A DNA stretch of 64,000 bases, from the NCBI GenBank assembly GCA_050952645.1, contig JBMNLI010000017.1, positions 160,001-224,000 of the forward strand, read 5' to 3'. A program made the translations under genes and the position numbers. The notes under the pieces were generated by a model. It saw only the letters and a list, made by a program, of their open reading frames with translations, ran no database searches and was not told where the DNA came from. Below are positions 52,187 through 61,579 of the stretch, in pieces. Numbering within the stretch: position 1 is the stretch's first letter; each line of letters begins with the position of its first letter. Source of the DNA: Bdellovibrionota bacterium (lineage in GTDB: Bacteria; Bdellovibrionota_C; UBA2361; CAKMMH01).

Positions 52187-53170
52187 TTATATTGAAAAAT
52201 CCCCTATATTTCTAAATTTTAAGTACCTTTTTTTAGTTAGCTCTTCGATACTTAATTTTTCTAACTCTTTTAAATTCCTAAATAATGATGATTTTAACAC
52301 TTCTGCCATTTCTTTATAATTTCTATGTGCACCCCCTAGAGGCTCTTCGACTATCTCATCTATAATGCCAAATTTCTTTAAATCCTGTGAAGTAAGTTTT
52401 AGAAGCTCTGCCGATTGCTTAATCCTATCTAAAGAAACCTCCTCTCCATCTTTTCCCCATAAAATCGAGGCGCATCCTTCAGGAGATATAACTGAATAAC
52501 AAGCATTTTGAAGCATAAGCACTCTATCTGCAACGCCTAGAGCTAAAGCACCACCACTTCCCCCTTCTCCTATTACTACCGAGATTATTCGAGTTTTTAA
52601 TGTAGACAAAATCTCTAAATTTTTAGCGATAGCTTGCGCCTGTCCCCTTTCCTCTGCCTCTATCCCTGGATAGGCTCCCGCAGTATCGATAAAATTTATA
52701 ACCGGCAAGCCAAACTTTTCTGCCATAAAAAACAATCTCTGAGATTTTCTATACCCATCGGGTTCAGCCATTCCAAAATTACGCTTTAATCTTTCTTGCA
52801 TGTCTTTTCCACGTTGATGCCCTATAACTATAACGCTTTTACCAGATAATTTTGCTAACCCTCCTACGATAGCAGGATCATCTCTAAAGCACCTATCTCC
52901 ATGAAGCTCTACAAAATCTGTAAATATAAGGTCTATATAATCTAGCGTTAACGGTCTATTTTGATGGCGTGATATTTGAACTTTTTGATATACAGAAAGC
53001 CCTTTATAAGTTTCTTTTCTTAATTTCGATACTTTCTCTTCTAACTCTGCATAATCTTTTCTTACCTCTTCATCCCCAGCATTTAAACGTTCCCCGAGTT
53101 CTGCTAGCCTAACTTCTTGCATTATTAGTTCCTTTTCAAAATCTAGTGGGTTTTTTATTACATTATTCAT
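52187..53170 (-). CDS. accA: Acetyl-CoA carboxylase carboxyltransferase alpha subunit
   Basis: ELHGDR, DTAGAYPG..AEERGQ, GEGGSGGAL, YSVISPEGCA. Confidence 0.97.
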   Translation of the reverse strand: MNNVIKNPLDFEKELIMQEVRLAELGERLNAGDEEVRKDYAELEEKVSKLRKETYKGLSVYQKVQISRHQNRPLTLDYIDLIFTDFVELHGDRCFRDDPAIVGGLAKLSGKSVIVIGHQRGKDMQERLKRNFGMAEPDGYRKSQRLFFMAEKFGLPVINFIDTAGAYPGIEAEERGQAQAIAKNLEILSTLKTRIISVVIGEGGSGGALALGVADRVLMLQNACYSVISPEGCASILWGKDGEEVSLDRIKQSAELLKLTSQDLKKFGIIDEIVEEPLGGAHRNYKEMAEVLKSSLFRNLKELEKLSIEELTKKRYLKFRNIGDFSI

Positions 53171-53236
53171 TTTATTTTCAAACTCCTCTTAAAAGTCTTC
53201 ATTTCTAAAATTTTTAAGCGATGCTAAAAGCCTTTT

Positions 53237-54289
53237 TTACAACAAACACTTAGGCGATATATAAGAAAGCCTAACTCCTTTAATGCCATTTTTCATATTT
53301 GTTTTTATATCATCTACTAGTTCATTGAAAGTATAATTATATACTAGAAAATCTTTCAACGTTCCTTTTCCTACGATAGTAGAATTATCACTTAAAATCA
53401 TACTAGCTTTATTATCTTCGTATTTTGGGAAAATATCCCAACCTCTTTTTTCAGGCTCATTTCTAAAATACGTCATTTGCCTTTTAGCTAAGTTCCTAGT
53501 TCGTTTAGCTATATCTTCAATCATACCATCTTTAGAAATTTTTTGCTCTATATATTGCACAGCTTGCTTATACCCTATACTTAAAAATGGAGCTAAGTTT
53601 TTATCGTATTTTTCTAGTAGTTTTTTAGTTTCTTCTATAAGCCCTAAATCGATTAGCTTTCTAGTTCTTTCGTTAATATTATTATAAAGCTCCTCTCTTT
53701 TTTGACATATTACGTATGCTAGACAATCGTATTTTTTCTCTAAAAAACTATGTTCTTTTTGCACATCTTTTATGCTTTTATTTGATAAAATCTTAACCTC
53801 TAATGCACGAATTATTCTAGTTCTATCATTTGCACTTAAACTTTTAGAAGCCTTACCATCTAACCTTTTCAGTAGTGCATAAAGAGCGCTCGTTTCTTTT
53901 TTTTCTAATCTTTCTCTTAAATTTTTATCGCTACTTTTAAGCGTTGCTAAACCGTGAATTAGCGGCGTTATGTACATAGTAGTTCCACCTACTATTATTA
54001 CATTTTTATCTTTATCATAAATATTAGAAATAGCCTTGCGAGCAAGTTTTAAGTATTTTGCTACATCGAAATGAGAATTAGGCTCTAATACATCTAGCAA
54101 GTAGTGTTCTATTCCTTGCATTTCTTCTTTAGTAATTTTAGCACTTCCTATATTAAAGCCTTTATATACTTGCACGGAATCGATACTTACTATTTCCGCA
54201 CTTATAGCTTTCGCTAACTTTACCGCTAAGGAGCTTTTGCCACTACACGTAGCACCAGTTATTAAAATTAAAGGTTTATGATTTAACAC
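53237..54289 (-). CDS. miaA: tRNA dimethylallyltransferase
   Basis: GATCSGKS, DSVQVY..IGSAK, RIIRALEV, AKRQMTYF. Confidence 0.95.
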   Translation of the reverse strand: MLNHKPLILITGATCSGKSSLAVKLAKAISAEIVSIDSVQVYKGFNIGSAKITKEEMQGIEHYLLDVLEPNSHFDVAKYLKLARKAISNIYDKDKNVIIVGGTTMYITPLIHGLATLKSSDKNLRERLEKKETSALYALLKRLDGKASKSLSANDRTRIIRALEVKILSNKSIKDVQKEHSFLEKKYDCLAYVICQKREELYNNINERTRKLIDLGLIEETKKLLEKYDKNLAPFLSIGYKQAVQYIEQKISKDGMIEDIAKRTRNLAKRQMTYFRNEPEKRGWDIFPKYEDNKASMILSDNSTIVGKGTLKDFLVYNYTFNELVDDIKTNMKNGIKGVRLSYISPKCLL

Positions 54290-54333
54290 TTTGCCTTAAA
54301 ATATTTATATATTATTTATATATTTATGATTTT

Positions 54334-54936
54334 TTATTTATCTTTTATAAAAACTAGGTCTTCGCCGTCCTTTTCTTTAAAAATCATTTTTACTTTTTTA
54401 TTTCGTGGAATTATTATCTGTTTTCCATAATAATCTGGTCTTATCGGATATTCCCCACAATTCCTATCTACTACTACCGCTAATTTCACGATTTTAGGTC
54501 TTCCAAAATCGATAAGGGCATCTAGAGCCGCTCTTATAGTTCTTCCCGTAAAAAACACATCATCGAGCAATACTATTTTTTTACCTAAAACATTAAAATC
54601 TATTTCCGTTCCGTTTAGTATAGGGTCAGTTACTACATTTATTAAATCATCTCTATAAAGAGCGATATCGATAAAGCCCATTTCTAAATCTACGCTAGTT
54701 ATATCTTTTATCAACGCTTGCAAACGTCTAGCTACAAACTCTCCTCCGCTTTTTATACCAACTAACGCAACGCTATTATCTAAAGGATAATTATCTTCTA
54801 TTATCTGGTATGCTATTCTCGTTAGGGAAAGAGAGATCTCCGTTTTATTCATTACTTTTGCTATATTATTCTCTACCGTATTGCCTACATTATTACCTAC
54901 ATTATTACCTACATTATTTGAATTTATTTTTTCCAT
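54334..54936 (-). CDS. pyrR: PyrR bifunctional regulator/uracil phosphoribosyltransferase
   Basis: DIALYRDDL, LLDDVFFTGRTIRAALDAL..GRP, PIRPDY. Confidence 0.92.
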   Translation of the reverse strand: MEKINSNNVGNNVGNNVGNTVENNIAKVMNKTEISLSLTRIAYQIIEDNYPLDNSVALVGIKSGGEFVARRLQALIKDITSVDLEMGFIDIALYRDDLINVVTDPILNGTEIDFNVLGKKIVLLDDVFFTGRTIRAALDALIDFGRPKIVKLAVVVDRNCGEYPIRPDYYGKQIIIPRNKKVKMIFKEKDGEDLVFIKDK

Positions 54937-54984
54937 TTTAAATCCTTTTTTATCATTTTAATTTTAAATTTTTTATTAGCGATT

Positions 54985-55356
54985 TTAAATCTTATTTTTA
55001 ACTTCTGCTAAAAAATTAAAAATATATAAATCATAATCTTTTTTACCAATAGTAATATAAAAAACCTCGTTATATTCTAAAGAAATTTTTATTTCATTTC
55101 TAGTCCTAGTTATAATAATATCGTCTTTTCTAGCTGGAATTTTAAGATATTTGATTTGAGCGTATAATTTTTCTTTTATTTCTATATCAGTTTTCTCATT
55201 AGTTAAATTACTGAGTTTAAACATTTGATTTTTTATTTCAAAATAGTAATAATAAAAGGGGATTACATTATAAAGCACAAAAACTATAATTAATGCTAAA
55301 CAAGAAAGCATTATATTTTTAAGTCTTGTGTATACTTTATCATTACTATAAGACAT
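54985..55356 (-). CDS. Hypothetical membrane protein (DUF4845-like)
   Basis: Single TM followed by PFYYYYFEIK..M; family guess from pattern only. Confidence 0.55.
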   Translation of the reverse strand: MSYSNDKVYTRLKNIMLSCLALIIVFVLYNVIPFYYYYFEIKNQMFKLSNLTNEKTDIEIKEKLYAQIKYLKIPARKDDIIITRTRNEIKISLEYNEVFYITIGKKDYDLYIFNFLAEVKNKI

Positions 55357-55375
55357 TTTTTTATATTAACAAAAA

Positions 55376-55756
55376 ATGATATTACGAGAAAGACACAAAA
55401 TACAGTATTTACTATCTACTGCCATGATATTCTTAGTTCTTGGTCTAGGGAATGTGATTTATGGTCGTGTAAAATACAAAGAATATAAAAGAATTTATGA
55501 GAAAGTGATACTAGAGATCGATGAGAATTCCCCTTACGATAATTTAGAGATCAAAGGTAGCGATTTACCAAATATTTCTTTGATGCAAAACGGCAATTTA
55601 ACTGAAAAAACTCGCCATTTAAAAAGAAGTCATGGGAGAATTATATTCTACCAATTTTTCGTAAAAGGCGGAAAGATTTTTTTAGGAATTAGTTTAATTT
55701 TCTTCTTAATAGCTTTTGCCCTTTTTATTAACAAGAAAGATAAAAAAGAATTATAA
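55376..55756 (+). CDS. Hypothetical two-TM membrane protein
   Basis: Two hydrophobic segments. Confidence 0.55.
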   Translation: MILRERHKIQYLLSTAMIFLVLGLGNVIYGRVKYKEYKRIYEKVILEIDENSPYDNLEIKGSDLPNISLMQNGNLTEKTRHLKRSHGRIIFYQFFVKGGKIFLGISLIFFLIAFALFINKKDKKEL

Positions 55757-55800
55757 AAATTCATTAAAGTTTTTTATAGGAAAGTTCCGATTAGATAATT

Positions 55801-56676
55801 GTGAAGCAAGATCTTGAGAATGATAACACACTAAATAATACATTAAGCATGGAAGAGGCTAATGCGCTCGTAGTAGAGAACCAAGCTTGGGCCGAGTCTA
55901 TCGCTAAATCTGTGGCTCGTGCTTGGAATTTAGACTGGAAAATCGATGGCCTAGACGGTGCTGCTCTAGAGGCTTTAATTTTTTGCTCAAGACGTTTCGA
56001 CCCGACTTTAGAGGTTCCATTTAAAGCGTATGCAAGAAAAAGAATTCATGAAGCTTCGCAGGAAGCTGCGAGAAAATCTAAAGGCTGGGCGATCTCTAGG
56101 AAAAAAGACCCAGAAGCACATAAAGCAAAAGAGGTTTCACAAGAATTATTAAAAAGATATCCAGAGTTAATGGAAGGACAGCTCGTTATTTATGAAGATG
56201 GCGAGGAAGTGGCGAAAGCTAAAAAAGTAAAAAGTCTAGAAGCTCAAAATGAGGTTAAAGAAAAAGCTACGAGACTAGTTTTAAGAGAAATGTTATTAGG
56301 TGCAGATATTATAGCGACTAGGCAAGAGCTATTACAAGAATATGTAGATCCTGATGAATTATTAGAAGCAAAAAGGATTATATGCACGATAGCTCTTTTG
56401 GAAATAATTCATCAACAACTTATATGGGCAGTTTATTGGGAAGATTTATCTCTTAGAAGCCTTGCGCAAGAATGGAAGACCGATGAGTTAAATGTTATAA
56501 GGGAGCACCGAGTCCTTTTAGATTGGTTTTCTAAAAATCCTAGTGAGCTTAAAAAAGCACTAATTCCGAAAGTGCGTCCAGGGTTGCGAGCGATAGCCCT
56601 TCAAATGAAAAAAAACAATGTAGTAGGTAAATTTACAGAGCTTATTAAAAAGATAGAGGAAGAGTATGGGAAATGA
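55801..56676 (+). CDS. Divergent FliA/WhiG-like sigma factor
   Basis: Region 2-like ALIFCSRRFDPTLEVPFKAYARKRI; region 4-like YWEDLSLRSLAQEW..NVIREH. Confidence 0.65.
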   Translation: MKQDLENDNTLNNTLSMEEANALVVENQAWAESIAKSVARAWNLDWKIDGLDGAALEALIFCSRRFDPTLEVPFKAYARKRIHEASQEAARKSKGWAISRKKDPEAHKAKEVSQELLKRYPELMEGQLVIYEDGEEVAKAKKVKSLEAQNEVKEKATRLVLREMLLGADIIATRQELLQEYVDPDELLEAKRIICTIALLEIIHQQLIWAVYWEDLSLRSLAQEWKTDELNVIREHRVLLDWFSKNPSELKKALIPKVRPGLRAIALQMKKNNVVGKFTELIKKIEEEYGK

Positions 56677-57013
56677 TATTAAAAATAAAAAAATAGGTGG
56701 GATAGGCAAAACTTCTAAAGCTAATGAGATAAAGAGCACGAGTGAGGTTTCTTCGGTAGATAATGTAGAAAATATTGATGGAGTTAATAGTGTTAGTGGC
56801 GTTCATAGAGTTTCAAACGTATCGGGTATAAATAGCGTTGGTGGTATAAGGGCCAATAAAACTACTAGGATTATAACGCTTGAAGAAAGAGAAGCGATTT
56901 TTAATATGATTAACGAAGAAGCGGACAGCCTCTTTGGCAAAGATTCAAAACGTGGAAAGGTAGCTAGCGATGCAGTAAAAATGGCTATCGATGCAGCGAT
57001 AGTAAAAGATTAG
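56666..57013 (+). CDS. Hypothetical small protein, translationally coupled to the sigma-like gene
   Basis: Overlapping start, GAGG RBS, low-complexity VxxV N-terminal half. Confidence 0.65.
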   Translation: MGNDIKNKKIGGIGKTSKANEIKSTSEVSSVDNVENIDGVNSVSGVHRVSNVSGINSVGGIRANKTTRIITLEEREAIFNMINEEADSLFGKDSKRGKVASDAVKMAIDAAIVKD

Positions 57014-57090
57014 CTCAATTTAGAAGACTCTTCTTGCATATATTAAGTGGGTAAATTGTAATACTTAACGCTACACATTTTTAAAAAAAC

Positions 57091-57119
57091 TTGACTAACA
57101 CTTAATAAGTATCTATGCT
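57091..57119 (+). promoter_or_regulatory. Sigma70-like promoter
   Basis: TTGACT-N17-TATGCT. Confidence 0.5.
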
Positions 57120-57198
57120 AAATACTGGTTGTTTTTAGGTTTTTATAAGATGCGTGTCTTATCTTAAAAACACAGTAGACATACATGAGGTTAAAATC

Positions 57199-57834
57199 AT
57201 GGGCATTAATCTTCTAGGTAGATTTGGTAAAATTAGTCGAGATCAAAAATTATTATTCGGTTTCGTTGGATATCATAGGGGGACAATCTATTTAAAGCCA
57301 AAAGACCAAGACTTTGAAAAAGAAGAAGAATTGATAAACGAGGCTATAGCTTATGCAACCCTACAAGATAGAAAAGTTTTATTTACACTATACGATCCTG
57401 AAGAACGTAGATATAAACTTTACATTATTACTAAGGAAAGTACTCTTGAAGCGGTTCGAAACATGCCTAAACCATCCCCAGTAGACTTCTCCTTGATCTT
57501 AGGCTGTTCGCCTAAGCTTAAAAATTTTGAAGATTATGGGGAATATGTACTTTGTGATACAGTTCCGTATAGTCGTCTTATTGGTGATGTAATAAAAACT
57601 GCAGTAAAAGTAGCAAGAGCAATGGAAAAATGTGTTGTTTTTGAATTCCGTTGGTTTTGTATTGTGTTTCACTGTATGATTACGCCTGATAGCACCGAAC
57701 AAGAGAGCATGGATCTTTGCACAACCATTATCGAAGGTGATAGATTCCCCTATTGGAAAGGGGATTTTGAGGATGAAATGAGATGTGAGGAATCACAAAA
57801 AATTCATAACTTTTTTATAGAGTCTTTAGAATAG
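57199..57834 (+). CDS. Hypothetical protein with internal duplication
   Basis: GAGG RBS before ATG 57199 (frame open from 57154). Confidence 0.65.
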   Translation: MGINLLGRFGKISRDQKLLFGFVGYHRGTIYLKPKDQDFEKEEELINEAIAYATLQDRKVLFTLYDPEERRYKLYIITKESTLEAVRNMPKPSPVDFSLILGCSPKLKNFEDYGEYVLCDTVPYSRLIGDVIKTAVKVARAMEKCVVFEFRWFCIVFHCMITPDSTEQESMDLCTTIIEGDRFPYWKGDFEDEMRCEESQKIHNFFIESLE

Positions 57835-57975
57835 CTCTAATGAGGGATTAGTAGCTAGAGCCTCCGCTCGACAGCCACCACTTATAGCGAATGCCTTTGC
57901 ACTTGGGCATAAGGATTTTTCAAAAATATTTCCTTTTATAATCCTTTTACAATCCGATTTAAGATCACTTTTTAG

Positions 57976-58200
57976 CTAAAATCCAACAAAACCTTTTACC
58001 TCTAATTTTAAATCTTCAGTTTCATCGTCGAAAAGAATTTTTGCTTTGTTATTATTTAAAAGAGCTTTTACTTTAGATATTTCCTTATCCATATCTAAGT
58101 CTAAACTTAAATTCATAGTTTGCTCAAATATAAATTCTTTTATTATACCTGTAAGCGCCTCATCGGATAATTTTTTATAATCTATATTTATAATCGTCAT
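57976..58200 (-). CDS. YheU/UPF0270-like small protein
   Basis: IDY..LSDEAL..II.EFI..KVK..L..AKILFD.ETE. Confidence 0.65.
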   Translation of the reverse strand: MTIINIDYKKLSDEALTGIIKEFIFEQTMNLSLDLDMDKEISKVKALLNNNKAKILFDDETEDLKLEVKGFVGF

Positions 58201-61200
58201 AACTTATATACTTTGCCTGCCATAACAAACATTAGCACAGTATCTACATTAGCCACTTCACCATACTGCTTAACTAACGCATTTTTATATATCTCTATTT
58301 GTGGCTTATAAAAAGATAGCTTGCTTCCTACGTTTTCACTACTTACACTATCAGTCTTAAAATCTATTATCTCTATATTAGAAATTTTACCTTTTTTATA
58401 ACCTAAAACCACCCTATCTATAAAACCCTTATAAATAACATCATTTTGCTTAAACATGATCGGCTCTTCTACTAGCACCTCTATATCATCTATTTCCCAC
58501 GTATCAAAATAATACGCCTTGCTAAGCCTTTCTCTTATTTTAGGAAAAGTTAAACTATTTTTAAACTTTTCAAACATCTCGCTTAACTCACTTTCACTAA
58601 AATCATTCTGAGCATCTCTTATAATAAAATTTTTAGCCTCTACATCAACTTCATCTAACCAAGAAATATTCTCAAAAAATTTATGGTATACACTTCCCCT
58701 TTTTAAAGTCTGCTCTAAATTTATATTTAAAATATCTTTTACTAAATACTCCCCATCTCCCTCTTCGTTTGACGGACTTTTAACGCTTAAATTTTTTTCC
58801 TTTTCTTTCTTCTTAAACGATGTAAAAAGTATTTCTTTATCTTTATTCTTATCTTTATTCTTATCTTTACATTTTTTAGCTTCAGATTTTTTTTCTTCTT
58901 TTACCTTGTAAAAATCATCATCGCCTATTTTAAAAACCTCTTCGTTAGATATTTTACTTCCTAAGATTTGTAAAATAAAAGAAGCCATACTATAATAATT
59001 TTTCTTAGTTAATTTATTTTTATAATCCTTAGAAATAAAAATACTAAGAGATTGCTTTGCCCTAGTTAGTGCTACATACAAAAGACAAAAAGTTTCTTCT
59101 AATTTTATTTTTTTCTCTTGCAATGCCATTTCAGAATAAACCTCGTGCTCTTTTTCAAGAACTCTACTTACACTAGCTTTAGCCCCGAGGAGAACTCTTT
59201 TAGGCTTTTTCGTTCTATCTTCATAGTAGTGTAATATTTTATCTTGATGCTTAAATATATCATCTTCTATATTAGGAAGCACCACGGCGTCAAACTCTAG
59301 CCCCTTTGCCGCATGCATAGTCATCACTCTAACATTAGAAGAAGTTATATTTACCATAGTTTGCAAAGATACGTAATTTAAAAACTCATCTATATTTTTC
59401 TTTCCTTCTTGGTCATATAAAATACATATATCGATAAGTTGCTCTACTACTAATTTTTCTAAGCTAGATAATTTATCTTTTATATCTTTATATAAAAATG
59501 ATACTACCCCTTTAAAACCATCATCTATAAAAATTCTTTTTAATAATTGAAGCGTCTTATCTCGAACCTCATCACCAAAAAGCTCCTTTGATACGCTTTT
59601 TATCTTAAACAGGCACATCGTATCTCTTCGGTGCTCCATATATTTTAAAACGGAAAGAATAAAAATTACGCTTTTAAAATCTACTAAGCGAACCTTTCCC
59701 TCTTGACTAGCTTTAATATTGTAAGGTGGTTCATTTAAAGCAAAAATTATCTCTCCTACTAGGTTATTACTTCTACATAAAACGCCTATGGAAATTTGAG
59801 GATATTTATCTACTAACTCCTTTACTCTTTTACAAGTGCTTATTACATGAATATTATCCTCCCTATCTTCCTTATCCTCCTTAACATTCTCGTTTGTATC
59901 TTCTTTATTCTCTTCTTCTTTTTCTTTCGATATAATTTGAACTAAAACATTCCCCCTTAACTCTTTGTTATGAGCTAAATGCTCAGAAAAATTTTCATCC
60001 CATTTTTCTATTACATCTTTAAAGCATTCTTCAACATCGATGCTTTTAAAATTTTTACAAATTAAGTTTACAAAATCTATAATTACAGGGGATGAACGAT
60101 AACTTTTTGCTAACACCTCTTTTTTAACTTGAGGCCAATTATCTTTAATAGTTTTAAATATATCTGCTACCCCTCCACGCCAAGCATATATCGCCTGTTT
60201 TGGGTCTCCTACACAAAAGAAAGTCCTTTCTATGCTAGATAAAATTTCATCGACCATAGGCTTAATAATAACCCACTCTTCTCTTGAAGTATCCTGAAAC
60301 TCATCTAGTAAAATATGCCTTAAACGAGTATCTAACCTGTAATAGATTTCATTTAAATTATCTAACGAAGCGATTTTAGAAAGCGTCCATTTTAATTCTG
60401 AAAAATCTAACGCCCCGATTTTATCTCTAGTTTCTTCATAAATTTTTGAAAATTTTTTTATTAAACCATAAATAAGGTTAGTTTTATTATTTAGTTTTTC
60501 AATATTGTAAGCACAAAAAAGTTTGATAACTTTTTGTGCTATAAACTTTATATCGATAGGTATTTCTATTCGATCAAAAGTAGAAACGCCATTTATTATA
60601 TTTTGAAACAACTGAGAGGTAAGAAGATTATCAAAATTTCCATTCTCTAAATCGCTTAATAGTTGAGTTTTTACTTTTAAGTAATTTGCTTTCTCACTTC
60701 CATTTTTATTTTTAGGAACTTTAGTATTACTAATATCATTTATAAGAGAAGCGATATAATCTTTACTTAAAAGCTCTTTATCATAACTTAAACTACCCCA
60801 TGCTTCTTTTGTAGTGTTTTTAAATTCACTATAAAAACTATTAAAATGCTCAAATAAACTATCACTAACGCTTTTTATCTCATTTTTATTACTTATATCG
60901 TTTAGAAAATCATATATTTTTTTAGGTTCTTCTTCCTTAAAAAGCTTTATCATAGCCTCTGCTAAGATTCCATTTTTTACATCTTCCGATGATATATCTA
61001 TTTTCGATATAAACCCGAGTTCAGTAGAAAAGATGGTCGCAATTTTTGCGAAAAAGCTATCCATCGTAGATATCATTATTTTATGTTGAAACTTTATAAG
61101 ATTATTTAACGCTACTTTAGGAGAAAGCTTTATATTTTCCGAATTTATTTGTAAGAGTAATTCCTTTTCTTCCTCTTTATCTAAAACTGCCATTGCAAGT

Positions 61201-61379
61201 CTCTCTATTACTCTTGAAAGGATTTCGCTTGCTGCTTTTTTTGTAAAGGTAGTCGCTAGAATATTTTCTACGCTTTCACCTTCAAGGAGAAGTTTTATAT
61301 ATTCTAAAGTTAATGAAAAAGTTTTTCCTGAACCTGCGTTTGCTTCAATAAGTTTTGCCGTTGCTAAATTATTTACCAT
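58197..61379 (-). CDS. addA: UvrD/AddA-type helicase-nuclease
   Basis: ANAGSGKT, TFTKKAA, LLDEFQDTS, VGDPKQAIY, LYVALTRA; C-terminal GFIDR..IIDFKT nuclease. Confidence 0.85.
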   Translation of the reverse strand: MVNNLATAKLIEANAGSGKTFSLTLEYIKLLLEGESVENILATTFTKKAASEILSRVIERLAMAVLDKEEEKELLLQINSENIKLSPKVALNNLIKFQHKIMISTMDSFFAKIATIFSTELGFISKIDISSEDVKNGILAEAMIKLFKEEEPKKIYDFLNDISNKNEIKSVSDSLFEHFNSFYSEFKNTTKEAWGSLSYDKELLSKDYIASLINDISNTKVPKNKNGSEKANYLKVKTQLLSDLENGNFDNLLTSQLFQNIINGVSTFDRIEIPIDIKFIAQKVIKLFCAYNIEKLNNKTNLIYGLIKKFSKIYEETRDKIGALDFSELKWTLSKIASLDNLNEIYYRLDTRLRHILLDEFQDTSREEWVIIKPMVDEILSSIERTFFCVGDPKQAIYAWRGGVADIFKTIKDNWPQVKKEVLAKSYRSSPVIIDFVNLICKNFKSIDVEECFKDVIEKWDENFSEHLAHNKELRGNVLVQIISKEKEEENKEDTNENVKEDKEDREDNIHVISTCKRVKELVDKYPQISIGVLCRSNNLVGEIIFALNEPPYNIKASQEGKVRLVDFKSVIFILSVLKYMEHRRDTMCLFKIKSVSKELFGDEVRDKTLQLLKRIFIDDGFKGVVSFLYKDIKDKLSSLEKLVVEQLIDICILYDQEGKKNIDEFLNYVSLQTMVNITSSNVRVMTMHAAKGLEFDAVVLPNIEDDIFKHQDKILHYYEDRTKKPKRVLLGAKASVSRVLEKEHEVYSEMALQEKKIKLEETFCLLYVALTRAKQSLSIFISKDYKNKLTKKNYYSMASFILQILGSKISNEEVFKIGDDDFYKVKEEKKSEAKKCKDKNKDKNKDKEILFTSFKKKEKEKNLSVKSPSNEEGDGEYLVKDILNINLEQTLKRGSVYHKFFENISWLDEVDVEAKNFIIRDAQNDFSESELSEMFEKFKNSLTFPKIRERLSKAYYFDTWEIDDIEVLVEEPIMFKQNDVIYKGFIDRVVLGYKKGKISNIEIIDFKTDSVSSENVGSKLSFYKPQIEIYKNALVKQYGEVANVDTVLMFVMAGKVYKL

Positions 61380-61420
61380 AGCTTCTAGTTTATATTTTAT
61401 CTTTACTTTTAACTAGATAT

Positions 61421-61460
61421 AAAAAAGGCTCTTTTGAAAAAACCTTACAAAAGAGCCTTT
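61421..61460 (-). terminator. Rho-independent terminator after pyk
   Basis: Perfect stem AAAGGCTCTTTTG/CAAAAGAGCCTTT with a T run on the minus strand. Confidence 0.75.
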
Positions 61461-61579
61461 GTATATTTTTTATTTAGTAAATTTTTATTTGCAAAATAAT
61501 TTACCAAATACTTAACTAAATACTTTATTAAATACTTTACTAAATACTTTGCTAAATAAAATTATAGCTAATTTTAAAA

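Noticed and set aside
54937..54984. PyrR-binding attenuator near pyrR
   Set aside because: Short AT-only spacer with no AGUCCnGnGAGG motif or terminator stem
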